Positions 57,801 to 63,481 of a stretch of DNA of 64,000 bases are shown here, in pieces. This DNA comes from a virus. Taxonomy: Duplodnaviria; Caudoviricetes. Under the pieces are notes generated by a model. That model did no database searches. It saw only the letters and a program-made list of their open reading frames with translations, and was not told the DNA's origin. Positions within the stretch are counted from its first letter, which is position 1. Each line of letters starts with the position of its first letter. A program made the translations under genes and the position numbers. The DNA is taken from IMG/VR virus record IMGVR_UViG_2934156241_000002, positions 19,954 to 83,953 of that record. The stretch is one strand, 5' to 3'.

Positions 57801-60362
57801 GGCCGCCTGGTGCAGGGTCGCCCTGTCCGCCGCGGTCTTGCGCGCGCGTCCCAGCGCGGCGTTGTCGAGGGTGGTCGGGTCGGTGTCGTCGTCGAGGACG
57901 GCCTGGGAACGCCGGCGCCGCTCCGCGTAGATCGCTCGTTCGGCGTCGTTGGCGTCCTCGCCCTTGCGTCGTCCGTAGGTTCCGCGCTCCCGCTGTGATT
58001 CCTGGACGCGGGTCTCGATGTCGGAGTCGCTGAGCGCCGACGCGTCCCGGAGCGCGTTGTCGTCGCGTTCCTGCCTGCGACGCGCAATTTCGGCGTCGAT
58101 GAGTTCGAGTTCGTTCCCGACGCGCTTTCGCGCGGACTCAGACCGGGCGCTCGCCGTGGTCCGCCATCGGGCCTGCTGCATCGTCGTGAGCTGCGCATCG
58201 TCGGCGTCGGCGATCTTCTTGCGCAGCGTCTCGGTCTCGTCGACGGCGTTGTCCGGGGCGCCGGGGGCGCCTGCACCGGTCTCGTCGGTGATGTGGATGC
58301 TGCGGCCCTGGCGGGCGAGCTTGGCCAGTACCTCCGAGATCCGTTCGTCGCGCGTCGTGTCCGTCATGTTCGACTGCGTCGACCAGCCGTTCAGCGACGG
58401 AGCCCACTTAATGGCACGGGTGGAACCGATCGCGGAGTAGTCCCCCTCGTCGCGCTTCACCGTGCCGCGGAACACCATGACGCGCTTCGGGGGCCGGCCG
58501 TCCTTGCCGGGCTTCATCACCCACGCCGCGGTGACGCGGTCGCGCTCGTTGGGGTTCTGGGCGGCGCGGAGCAAGCGGGCCGCGACGGCGGCGCCCTGCT
58601 TCGGGTTCTGCGGTACGGGGATGGTGACGCCGTCGATGGTGACCTTCGGCGGGTAGCCGCGCCCGCTGGTGACGGCGACCTGCCCGTCCGGGCCATACAG
58701 GGTGAACGCGCCACCGTGGCTGACGTAGTGGTAGCCGTCGACCCCGTCAACCGGCTCGGCGTCGGCCGGCAGTACGACGGCCTGCGGCTCATCCGGGGTC
58801 ACCTGGGGGACGGGCGGGGCCGCCCTGTCAGGTATGCCGGGTGCGGCCGACCCTGGGGCGATCTCCGGGACGTCCTCACCAGTGCCCGCCGCGGTGTTCT
58901 CGCGCTGCCACCTCGCTGCGGCGTCGGTGATGACCTCGGTCACGGAGCGGTTGTCGTCGGAACGCCAGGTCAGGAGACGGGTGTCCGGGTCAGACAGGTC
59001 GAGCGGATTCCCGTCACCGCCCTTGGGCGGGTTCTCAACGAAGGACCGAGCGAAGGCCTGCGCATCTCGCATCGCCGGCCAACGGGGACTGAACTGCGTC
59101 CCGGTGGCCGTGGCACGCAGATACCACTCGCCGTTTTCGTCCTGGCCGACGACGAACTGGCCGCGGCCGACGAGCTTCAGCCTGTCGTTATTGATCAGCT
59201 CATCGAGTACCTGCGCCGCTCGCTGCATCCGGGCGTCATCCGGACCCGCCTGGAGCGCGCGGTCGCGGCCATCGCGCCAGTGGGCTCGAACGGCCTGGAG
59301 GGTGCTGAACCGCTGCCCGCCCGGCCCGGGGCCGCCGGGGGCCGGGGTGCTGCTCTCCGGGGGCTTCGGTGCAGCCGCAGGGGCGGTGGTGCTGTCGAAC
59401 TCCTTGCGGGCTCGGATGATGGCGCCCTGCACGTTCTCGCCCTTGGTGGAGCGCCAGTCACGGGCCTCACGGTCAAGGCTCGGGTGGGAGAAGTCGAACG
59501 GCTGGTTGAACTGAGTGAGCTGCCCGTTGACGGCGCTCTTGTCGAGGTGTTCGGCGAACCGGGCCGCGTCCTGCGCGGTTTCGAAGTCACCGGCGGCGTC
59601 GACGCGCTGGCCGGTGCCCGTGGCCGTGAGGTACCAGCGGCCGGTCCGATCGTCACGCAGGATCGCGAGACGGCCGGACGGCGTGACCCGCAGGTCGTCA
59701 TCGATGGCGACCGAGCGCAGGAAGGTGGCCATGTCCTGGCTCGTACCGGGCTGCTGTGCGATCTGTGTGAAGTGGCGCCGGACGGCTGCGGTATCGGCGT
59801 ACCGGGCCCCGGCGGCATGCTGCCGGTTCGGCAGCGCATCGAAGTGAACCGGGTGGCTGCCGTCCTCGGGCTCGTCCTGGTCGTCCTCGTCGTCCGGGCC
59901 GTCGCCGGCATCGTCGCCGATGGGGCGGCCGCGGTCATCCTCGTCGTGAGGGTCGTTCGGGGTGCTCGGGTCGCCGTCGTCGTCGTGAACGACCCCGTTG
60001 CCACGCCGCTCGTCCTTGAGGCGCTTCTCGTCCTCTTCCGCAACCTTGTCTTCGTCGTCGGTGGGCTTGGATCCGTCCGGCCGGGCCACCATGCTGACCC
60101 ACTTGGCACTGGTGGTGTGCCTGCGCCCCTTGAATTCGTTGGGGCCGGTCTGGTCCTGCACGAGGATGCGGTCGTGCGGGAGCGCGCGGACGACGCGTGC
60201 GAGGTCGCCGCCCCACAGCCGGACCGTTCCGCCGGTCTCGATGAACCGGCCCTTCGAGTCCCGGGGGTGCAGGGCGGGATTCCACGGCTGTCGTATGACC
60301 TTGACCTCGAGGTCGCGACTCAGGTCCTGCGACTCAGCCTGTGCAGTGGGGCGATTCAGCAT
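42825..60362 (-). CDS. Giant (about 5,845 aa) DarB-like protein: N6-methyltransferase plus SNF2 helicase core with long accessory arms
   Basis: VLEAGSGAGTF and IGNVPF (MTase); AHEVGLGKT, DEAH and QRNGRVLRYGN (SF2); N-terminal HPRDSKGRF. Start re-called to ATG 60362 from promoter spacing. Confidence 0.9.
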   Translation of the reverse strand: MLNRPTAQAESQDLSRDLEVKVIRQPWNPALHPRDSKGRFIETGGTVRLWGGDLARVVRALPHDRILVQDQTGPNEFKGRRHTTSAKWVSMVARPDGSKPTDDEDKVAEEDEKRLKDERRGNGVVHDDDGDPSTPNDPHDEDDRGRPIGDDAGDGPDDEDDQDEPEDGSHPVHFDALPNRQHAAGARYADTAAVRRHFTQIAQQPGTSQDMATFLRSVAIDDDLRVTPSGRLAILRDDRTGRWYLTATGTGQRVDAAGDFETAQDAARFAEHLDKSAVNGQLTQFNQPFDFSHPSLDREARDWRSTKGENVQGAIIRARKEFDSTTAPAAAPKPPESSTPAPGGPGPGGQRFSTLQAVRAHWRDGRDRALQAGPDDARMQRAAQVLDELINNDRLKLVGRGQFVVGQDENGEWYLRATATGTQFSPRWPAMRDAQAFARSFVENPPKGGDGNPLDLSDPDTRLLTWRSDDNRSVTEVITDAAARWQRENTAAGTGEDVPEIAPGSAAPGIPDRAAPPVPQVTPDEPQAVVLPADAEPVDGVDGYHYVSHGGAFTLYGPDGQVAVTSGRGYPPKVTIDGVTIPVPQNPKQGAAVAARLLRAAQNPNERDRVTAAWVMKPGKDGRPPKRVMVFRGTVKRDEGDYSAIGSTRAIKWAPSLNGWSTQSNMTDTTRDERISEVLAKLARQGRSIHITDETGAGAPGAPDNAVDETETLRKKIADADDAQLTTMQQARWRTTASARSESARKRVGNELELIDAEIARRRQERDDNALRDASALSDSDIETRVQESQRERGTYGRRKGEDANDAERAIYAERRRRSQAVLDDDTDPTTLDNAALGRARKTAADRATLHQAAGDDHTAEQTVRQALQARHDRLVGEQQRRRAEQIADRPPVADLDDEALTDEYHDLIVRDFRKAPPEAQQVLQARMDDVKRERREREKRAITDRESPDGVDTEKLIKEYSELQATRSSYSETDDIKAARKDRMAAIEAELNRRDTTPDVEQLLVRIDNPDSNGQISIDGRSGYGFIDYIATTGHARPKLGWTWGKESWGHGPEVYHSRAAALAAMVRAYDTDDDRIGERTWGRAHRVFVPKMFFELYQSNRLGDRLSTASAERQYLYGLFASQYGWHDGVNPLIPSNKKGRHIKGRNLSVPEGLLAELNRVTEELARKVSVQATDRDSDSSDRSKAKTRLASINVALHTIEATREAVRKNGGDDDQKVISREEIEAQQAALRAALGGDDDEHVQPDGPGSLADAPAQGMGSDDRPRGVRDGESPGDREQDSGGRGGAGERGSGAGGVRGGSRPDQADQGGRDGDGSGGAPARAGARGGDGSGADGDGAAPAGDQGSDVRRVARFRPDPADVPKGARARATANVEAIRVLKALEAENRPATDDEKRILARWSGWGSVPVIFATEPNAKEPRYQQGGTRHGKFDRDHERWSEYDDIRRELQRVLTPIEFRQASRGVLSMHYTPQPIADAMWDGLRALGFDRGDVLEAGSGAGTFFGVAPDGARLTGVELDPTTARIAQAIYPHANILNESFAETDAHPGTFDAAIGNVPFARIPFDDKRYPAESLHNGFVTKEIALVRPGGITAVITSRQTLDSKGDKARRQMAKYGDLVGAVRLPSGVFNDAGTGVTTDVLVFRRREDGSEPADTSWLDAPERDINGTPHHVNAYFDEHPEHILGELTTQSGPFGPEVTVKGDAAKAAEQLRAALDDIATKAKADGRGYAPHPDGDDRPAVQLQTAREKHANDWTGRLYEGDDGAFYQHVNGAEPVRMEPADGNTAQLRDLMRLRDVAAGLRELDRKNDEEDRAEALRAELRNLHAAYVEKHGPLSRPGQHRTKNDRPTAWGYFRADPDAGAVLALERWDAKTGEPVLSRIFTERAAARRQPLTSTDDPKAALAAVVAANGEVDLGEVARLLDVTPQEALKRLGTEVFTDPATGRLELASAYLSGAVRDKLDAARKAAERDPAYAVNVASLEAVQPRDRTIGQFTPEMGAHWTPPELLQGFLREYLGDRTLNVAHDDRYGWILNTGRVPEANNVMYGVPAVKPDPGKGIKGNKGKNAAEIARAILGYGSLTVYEDEKRKEVDEVTSRLIRQKADQMRAEFAKYATANADRLTVLTDSYNRIMNGHIVRSYEGMSPTLEGYTPDRTPHPWQLSGAARMQFERGVILAHEVGLGKTGTLVIGTQALKASGQINKPMAVVPNGLAKQWADEARFLYPNADIHLITTADLAGDRRGSTLEWLRANRPDLVIFTEEAFGAIKMSPEAQDDYAFRELEALREQLDRQYEDATNPSHPFIVAKIEQRIATVSKNINKNAAPMRRPGETYWDDLGFDYFVVDEAHRYKGVGFRSKEGGGDPASIRGVDLHQKTTDLHRRRQGRATITLATGTPMSNSISEQFTMLSFASPWVLDAYRAGAPDLWANTFGRKTLRIENAPDGSGLRVVERFSEFHNKRAMKTMWGLTTDTKRAADVGIPRPKVKGGAPNLIMVDATPDQKKRLKGLVERGRAIHTGEVDRHEDNMLAVSNEGTSVALDPRIVDPNAPAGNKLKAVADRHIERYHATKDRTYKVAYGKNADHPVPGALQMIFLNEGVPGGKNKGNFDAYAELKRLMVAGGIPEDKIAFVQDAKKTGKPEDMTELFRRAREGDISVMIGSSAVAGVGMNAQDRMISLSHVDLDWGAAQMEQRNGRVLRYGNMNPEVEIDIFATKGSMDGWKAGFVAAKAAGLIDIQRPEPEDGDSSDVVQEIDGAEFDYETMEAEIGGNPYMSQLMKARRALKELEIDQHNEAAERIRRGEALQDLGQEAQDTREGLQRREQALPRIQAADDRFSMTLGGSPYGERSDAGKALHRQITARLLEHDREGMGPWHVLGQFRGLDFGVRTERDANGQLFAHVGFPDLRNSTFERTVNDLQKKGAGSGMITRLSNALDKAPALQESDRAKVPELDEQIALLQSAHAAADLTPQINHARTRANLLEEIVGRITNLDAKPEIDPDELDKKKYKQADRDKIATARREEREPLQAAVEEAEFALMQWDLDNPAPEQDDTVHLPEDEVRDTLARLRPEPNPTPGNDAPQTPDNERDSAATDSNVDVPAEEEALSPASGAGGNDDEPPVDTPTGGSDDESDEEGDADPFSTSEDTDASGDEPPADAPDTQQPAGESDSNETVTLTPDEVSDQLDALRPGGSKAPSTMDDAELRDEIVDLMGQDMAGDLSGADRTRLQVLEAEEARRAGRAPKPAPKPKRTTETPGGLFDVDDQTTPQADNAPDLDNPEDRPADELGTPDMFAAAEGRDTTALRPARMRNAADLEEGDRYTDADGHTHTVAEPPVRTGRGRTRIVTDDGRERFYNSDSELRLRYPDEEIPENEADQSQPDAADGPAASPSEADAETPIAVLADGPLPEALKTRFRALEEAAQAAGEDADELGGLGSIPETMREAEEALANGDRDVAADHLRGAASRAWPHINHDGDTSEFAQALRAFSVEAHNASIDLRPLREGEHLTTYRQLKQGDIIAAGDGYAVVKFDTNSRGTKHATWLHTETSVVGDELTFNPDNSDGGFGFTPADYNVVRADKDSEPVREFIAAEKKRIAERKAEEERIAAMRAARRAAEEQERQKQQEAEAEGNIVAPDRLTVGDRVRVTGLTNRGSDKTLSGHLLAEPLRVTRTVQGKPEPAWRLHVGPEGDEPTLANLLTISLTDRVDRLAHNEDDEQNGPSPTPDEDEDGEGDEESLPATDDDAAPDPDDAPADDEDDGSGPDGIPADEGESSRPGGELDDDEESEDDSAVPASEPDGGEGEPDPENENEDEDSEQRRRRRRRRRGNGRGGPGGGGPGGPGGPGLPRLPIPASDGSRGEGGPGEGRASNGRGNRPARHRDVESLRRAWRNGDGLTAAEDTPERRAALTQASERKGLQLSPGGGLVTWPEQQEDGTTLWRFAQARNGTNLPGIILTSDDPEEARALAGRFDEITDRNGAPFDWHEAWGPASVAAWRDGEGRNLPQALRAVQDDYEQERNGAFTLPDDLTGLDDAALEAAFRQGLGPADELRVMAEMDRRDGYVDERIRAAVPDTPPADADEAESRGRAMDQALGFGDTDVTQPAPATPGGLRREFDALDEERFQAAMQATGGRMLRHEAEAQGIDPRALFSGSKYSNKRAKELASPELNRWFDGDGETTGNGRLTYTQYRQREVDRALRAEFADIDEARYLAAIAATNGYFFRRQHEAGPIDERELFSGGSMSQFDRWKNVASEELQDWFDANGGRLTFNQFKRSRHENERTARDLHEEEQRRAAEAGGSEDTAEAGGSEDTAEAGGSEDTVTVTADDVAPAPSRDVESTEDATFRFGGHDKMREFADRADLRPIGDGETVWLHGRQIGHIRNIYRSNPNRSPVWDAEPFFGLDIDRSSRSQSRDTAIANLVVRALRDGPVDPTNPSEDVWRTVTGHLTNRAWELPESLLNVPEARARHDRLTTLLEAFRGHQSPSGDLRDDLVQARDDFAGLSDLLPDTRRTMGQRGRLNNRSFWAGKLLNGLGDPESDHQRPHGKDPDSDEQRPRGTDEPQGDSDALSPAVPTPDEPVNPPEDTARSQVEPESEPAPEPIGGQPAHWARVEDLAPGDMVRMDGTTKKGRKTQRAGYVYTSPVRVDVTRRGRTEQMWRTWITENPDGTGAAGNVYTSINATAARAESPDDVVPGSPVSGAQSALRAGGLPDVIPADRNGRGMFPGSTVGSNQREGTVTGATSTTVSVHWSDGRDDAAVSPSSLTVTGGERPDGWTTSGQRVRPQHIVSDTDGARLGPVDEVNGDEVTIATAEGNITRSAEGLRVTGEVRDDAPTTSPVAGIDTPAAADLKEGDIVVLDLDDTIATIAVTGTRRDGDRVTIEYADTTTGEVGEIEVDASAVLPRAQGRDGETPDLGPDDAPDADDDMTVHGPRNRVDPVTGPTVDPALTPDDRAVIDDHADGPDDDPDAQQAAARITGDLPVTPEQAAALAAQLRSTADPSTMEGRAALRAADHLDQAAGRTPPPGLDRPRPSNAAQLSEGDMVAMPDERRGDQVHVFRVIDAEDGPGGVRSLLLADENQQWRRRIVHGAMPVWQLPEAEPDAPTAPDSDDTSPAPSTPAAPSAPATPSLPVTRVRPGNLRVGDLIDAPTSRTGYQLNGHRRLTIISAPHRNGWWMQLTGIDDDGNVHDFGLHSGREVSVYERNRPTPALPPIGAPRDPNPGPQNDVDRIVNDHVRGLAARIIDEAIAGTEPPGDIHALRERIAQRLTRAALRNARRSARQDSIAALDAAGVTGPDRDAALQALQRARIDSHRATVRAALRTINDLEPLPDESDEDLAARARDLLSLIPDGIAGALRPEADGDDDIARTVAGHTADAVNALLRQLQAAGVDPGDADRIARGLTQQLAGTRQSTARRIARRVATVSPDAGRQPGLLARIVALLIRMAKRLVELVKAGAQEIGEKWRGARERMRRLRAFLGRLVRRVRQWPESRRLARLHRAVTLPTTDGESLASRVAHWAGLMPEPGRFGQAPRRVTWWRPTTWTQLAAGRLPERSDRVHWTPDRAVDGGPGLTALRHMAALRAAGSDVDQEVTRRLAGALGDDFGEDPHSTLQHADDYVATSERRLVNLQAARSSSTLPDDPELEVEITAARMEVNGARREYEALRARYAAAVPDAVAAALADIRDMGPEGNTSLVFAPDSDSDAEGSVRGVQRLIPRSWLNTPATRRVTAVNGPEGRYDANGQRITVADLADGGLGTAGNALAQHLAQHLGDLDAAQRVFWFTQTHTGRPGARRMRYTALGRLLSRTQTQTDTGDTLARSVQAMFSGDWYLDDDLRAFLLGLLATR
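47405..47485 (-). repeat. 27-bp tandem repeat x3 (AEAGGSEDT) in the giant gene
   Basis: Three identical copies of ccgtgtcttcggaacctccggcttcgg. Confidence 0.9.
56303..56638 (-). CDS. TnpV-like protein nested out of frame in the giant gene
   Basis: GGGAGG-N8-ATG; MNMFSPTVRDHWRTHLPKEWAAMTDPEAFV...YEAAAGRIRQIRADATAMVLAELL. Confidence 0.75.
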   Translation of the reverse strand: MNMFSPTVRDHWRTHLPKEWAAMTDPEAFVTAKAQEIESRILVAEEALESAVPEPEEYEAAAGRIRQIRADATAMVLAELLPEPEPGAETAPEQTAMEQHLQEIRDLMYDA

Positions 60363-60390
60363 GCGGCGGACCATGCACAGCGCAGGTGGT

Positions 60391-60400
60391 TAGCGTCGCG
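60391..60400 (-). promoter_or_regulatory. Late-promoter upstream box (giant gene), leaderless start
   Basis: CGCGACGCTA-N15-CATGGT-N7-ATG(60362). Confidence 0.72.
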
Positions 60401-60412
60401 CCCTCCGGTCCG

Positions 60413-60625
60413 TCACATCGACTCGGTGAGGATGTGAATCAGGAACCACCCGCTGAAGCCGATCCAGCCCGCGGCGAAGACAGCTCTGCCGACCTTGTTC
60501 GTCCGGGTGCGGAACAGTCTTCGGGTGTTCTCGCTGAGGGTGTCGCCGTCCTTCTTGTTGGCCAGAGCGAGGCCTTCGGCGACGGCGAACGCGAGAGTCC
60601 AGGCGCTCCAGATGTAGGGCCACAT
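60413..60625 (-). CDS. Small two-TM membrane protein
   Basis: MWPYIWSAWTLAFAVAEGLAL...DTLSE...WFLIHIL; AAGGAG RBS. Confidence 0.7.
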   Translation of the reverse strand: MWPYIWSAWTLAFAVAEGLALANKKDGDTLSENTRRLFRTRTNKVGRAVFAAGWIGFSGWFLIHILTESM

Positions 60626-60630
60626 GGCGG

Positions 60631-63093
60631 TTACTCCTTGGGGTTGGTGTCGTAGTGGAGGCGGCAGCGGCAGTTGACCGTGAGGGCGATCGGGGCGAAG
60701 GGGTCGCCCGGGTAACGGAGGTTCGCTCCGGCGACGGTGTACGGGGTGCCGACGGGCAGCGTCTTGCCCTGCAGGGCCTTGTGGGCGGGGCGTACACGGT
60801 CGTCCCCGCGGGTGACCCAGGTTCGGACGACGTCGGGGCCTGCGTGCTCTGCGGCCGCGTCTGCGGCGCCGTTGATGGTGGCGACGGCGCACGTCTCGGC
60901 GATCCGGGCGATCAGGGCTGGCTCTGCGGACATGTAGAAGCCGGTGACAGCGCTCTCGAGGTCCCAGATGCCTTCGGCGTCGAGCTGGACAGTGCGCAGG
61001 ACTTCGGCGAGCTCGGCGAGGAAACCGGTGATGGCCTCGCCGGCGTACGCCGCGGTGACGATGGCGGCCGCGGCCGCGGCCGGGGGCACGGTGTCTGCGC
61101 CGGCGAGGGCCTGCCCCACCTTTCGGGCGGTGGCGATGGCAGCCTGCTGCAAGATCGGTGTGAGTGTCTGGCTGATCGCCTCTGCCCAGCGGGCGGCGCT
61201 GACGACACGGTCCTGGTCAAGGTCCGCGTCGACGTGCCGTACGTCGACGTCGTTGTCGGGCTCCCAGTAACGCGTGCCCTTACGGATCTTCGGTGCGCGG
61301 AGACGGGCGAGGATGACGCCCTCCTGCCGCGCCAGAAGGGCGGTGACAGCTGCGGCCACGGCCATGGACAGGGCGTCGAAGTCGGCATCGGTGACTTCGT
61401 GCCCGTCGTCCTTCGGGAGGGCCTTCGTCTCGACCGTTTCCCGGGCGGACGCCACGTCTTCGGCAGCGGTGCCGGGCAGTCCGGTCTCCTCCTGGGTTTC
61501 GCGGGCGTGCGCCACATCGGCGGCCGCGTCCCCGGGGCCGGGGCTGGAGGCGGAGGCGCGGGCCGCGGCAACGGCGTCGGTGGCCGACTGCGTCGATCCT
61601 GCGGGCAGGGCAAGCGGTTCTCCCAGTGCCCGCGCTGCCGCGACGTCGGCGGCGCCCTGACCTGGATCGAGGGCGCGCGCGGCGGCAACATCCGCGGCCG
61701 CGGTGTCCGGTGACGAACCAGGGGGCAGCGGAGCACCGGTGGGAAGAGTGCCGGCCGGGCCTTCGGCTGCGGGGTCGGGTCCGAGGCCGAGCGCTGCGGC
61801 GTCCGCCGCGTTGGCCGGTACGGGTGCCTTCTGCGGGCTGATCCACAGGGCCCTGGACTGCGGGACACCGAATGGCAGCCGTCCCGCGATCTTCCGGTAC
61901 TCGTCGATGGTGATGAGTCCGGCTTCCCACTCCTTGCGGGCCTCTTCACGTTCCTGGCGCCGGGGGAACTCGAGGGCCTGGACGCCTGAGGTGTCGAACC
62001 GCACCACCCAGCCGTCGTCGACGGCGTCGTCGAATCCAGAGGCGACCAGGTTGAGGTGGGGCAGTTCGGTGTGGTCCCAGAACGTCCATTCCTCGCGGTC
62101 CGCGTTGGCGTACGTCCGCTCGGAGGCGTTGCCAACGATGGACTCGGGTACGCCGAACGCGGCCAGGATTTCGCCCTTGGACGTGCCGGACAGCGTTTCG
62201 TACGCCATCTCGCGGGGCCGGGCGGAGGTGTCGACGTAGTTGATGCCGCCGGGCCCCGTGCCGACGAGGGTGAGCTGGCCGGCGTTGTGCGCGCCGGGGA
62301 CCAGGCGCTGCTGGATCCGGTCGACTTCTCGGGGGTCGACGCCGTCAAGGTCGATCCCGACGATCCCGCCGGGGCGGCCGTCGTTGTCGATGAAGCTGAT
62401 GTTGTACGTGCGGGCCTTGACGTCGAGATCGATGGAGAGCCCTGCGGCCTCGAGCGGGGTCACGCCGCAGAACGGGTCGGTGGGGTGCGGATCTCTGATC
62501 CAGATGACGTACTTGGGCAGCAGTTCGCGGACCTGGCCGCTGTAGTCGGTGAACTCGAAGTGCGCGATGTAGTCGGCGTTCCTGGCGTCCGGGATGATCT
62601 GGACGCGGTCAGGGGGGAGGAGATCGAGGCGTACGAGGGTGCCGCCGCGGCTGTACGTCTTCTCGATGAACACGCCCTTCTTGGACAGAAGGAGCTGGGC
62701 GCTCAACCGCTTCTTGAAGACGTCACCGGTCTCCAGGGGGTTGGCCTTCTTGTTGAGCAGTCTCAACAGGGGGTGGTCGTCGAGGGTTTCCTCGAAACGG
62801 CGTTCGTCGCCGCCGCGCCCGATCTGGATTGGGAGCGTGCTGACGTGCTTGCTGATGGCCTCGACGGACTTGAACGTCCAGATGGAGCGTTCGTAGCCCT
62901 CGACGATGACGCGCTCCATGTCCCAGCCGTCTGCACGGCCGGGGGTGCCCCACATGTTGGTGACGCCGGCGTACGACATCGAGACGTACGAGTTGCCCGC
63001 GAGAAGGTCTTTCGTTTCCCGGGCGGGCGGCGGGGGAGCTGCGGTGCGTGGGACAAGGAGGCCCCGGAGCGCGGGAAGGAACAGGCGGGGCAT
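60631..63093 (-). CDS. Portal protein fused to a MuF (head morphogenesis) domain
   Basis: HPLLRLL..NP, LLPPDRV, GVTPLEAA, ILAAFGVP, ITIDEYR; C-terminal WVTRGDDRVRPAH...YPGDP...NCRC. Confidence 0.9.
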   Translation of the reverse strand: MPRLFLPALRGLLVPRTAAPPPPARETKDLLAGNSYVSMSYAGVTNMWGTPGRADGWDMERVIVEGYERSIWTFKSVEAISKHVSTLPIQIGRGGDERRFEETLDDHPLLRLLNKKANPLETGDVFKKRLSAQLLLSKKGVFIEKTYSRGGTLVRLDLLPPDRVQIIPDARNADYIAHFEFTDYSGQVRELLPKYVIWIRDPHPTDPFCGVTPLEAAGLSIDLDVKARTYNISFIDNDGRPGGIVGIDLDGVDPREVDRIQQRLVPGAHNAGQLTLVGTGPGGINYVDTSARPREMAYETLSGTSKGEILAAFGVPESIVGNASERTYANADREEWTFWDHTELPHLNLVASGFDDAVDDGWVVRFDTSGVQALEFPRRQEREEARKEWEAGLITIDEYRKIAGRLPFGVPQSRALWISPQKAPVPANAADAAALGLGPDPAAEGPAGTLPTGAPLPPGSSPDTAAADVAAARALDPGQGAADVAAARALGEPLALPAGSTQSATDAVAAARASASSPGPGDAAADVAHARETQEETGLPGTAAEDVASARETVETKALPKDDGHEVTDADFDALSMAVAAAVTALLARQEGVILARLRAPKIRKGTRYWEPDNDVDVRHVDADLDQDRVVSAARWAEAISQTLTPILQQAAIATARKVGQALAGADTVPPAAAAAAIVTAAYAGEAITGFLAELAEVLRTVQLDAEGIWDLESAVTGFYMSAEPALIARIAETCAVATINGAADAAAEHAGPDVVRTWVTRGDDRVRPAHKALQGKTLPVGTPYTVAGANLRYPGDPFAPIALTVNCRCRLHYDTNPKE

Positions 63094-63440
63094 CAGGCGG
63101 CCCCCTCGTCATCACGGGAGGTGAGCCACAGGCCGTGAAGGGCCACAGCAGCGGATACACCGATCCAGCCGAAGGGAGTGGCCAGGGCGAACGCGCAGAC
63201 GATGAGGCCTGCGCAGCCGGAGGTGATCGCGGCTGCGCAGAGGATGCGGGTCCAGCGTGCTGCGTCGGGCTTCGGCTTGAGGAGGAGGCCCAACGCGATG
63301 AGGCCGCCGGAGGCGGCGGAGAGGCCGGCCGCCCAGTGGAGTGTGCCCAGCGCCACGAGGATGCCGAGCAGGCCGGACGCGGTGAGGAACAGGCCGGCGG
63401 CTTCACGCGCGAGCGCCCAGGAGGTTCGCTGAGTAGTCAC
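63093..63440 (-). CDS. Small multi-pass membrane protein upstream of the portal
   Basis: Four hydrophobic segments; start re-called to leaderless GTG 63440. Confidence 0.7.
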   Translation of the reverse strand: MTTQRTSWALAREAAGLFLTASGLLGILVALGTLHWAAGLSAASGGLIALGLLLKPKPDAARWTRILCAAAITSGCAGLIVCAFALATPFGWIGVSAAVALHGLWLTSRDDEGAA

Positions 63441-63468
63441 GCCGCGCACAGTGGACAGTGGGCGGCGC

Positions 63469-63478
63469 TAGTGTCGCG
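63469..63478 (-). promoter_or_regulatory. Late-promoter upstream box (portal operon), leaderless start
   Basis: CGCGACACTA-N15-CACTGT-N7-GTG(63440). Confidence 0.72.
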
Positions 63479-63481
63479 TGG

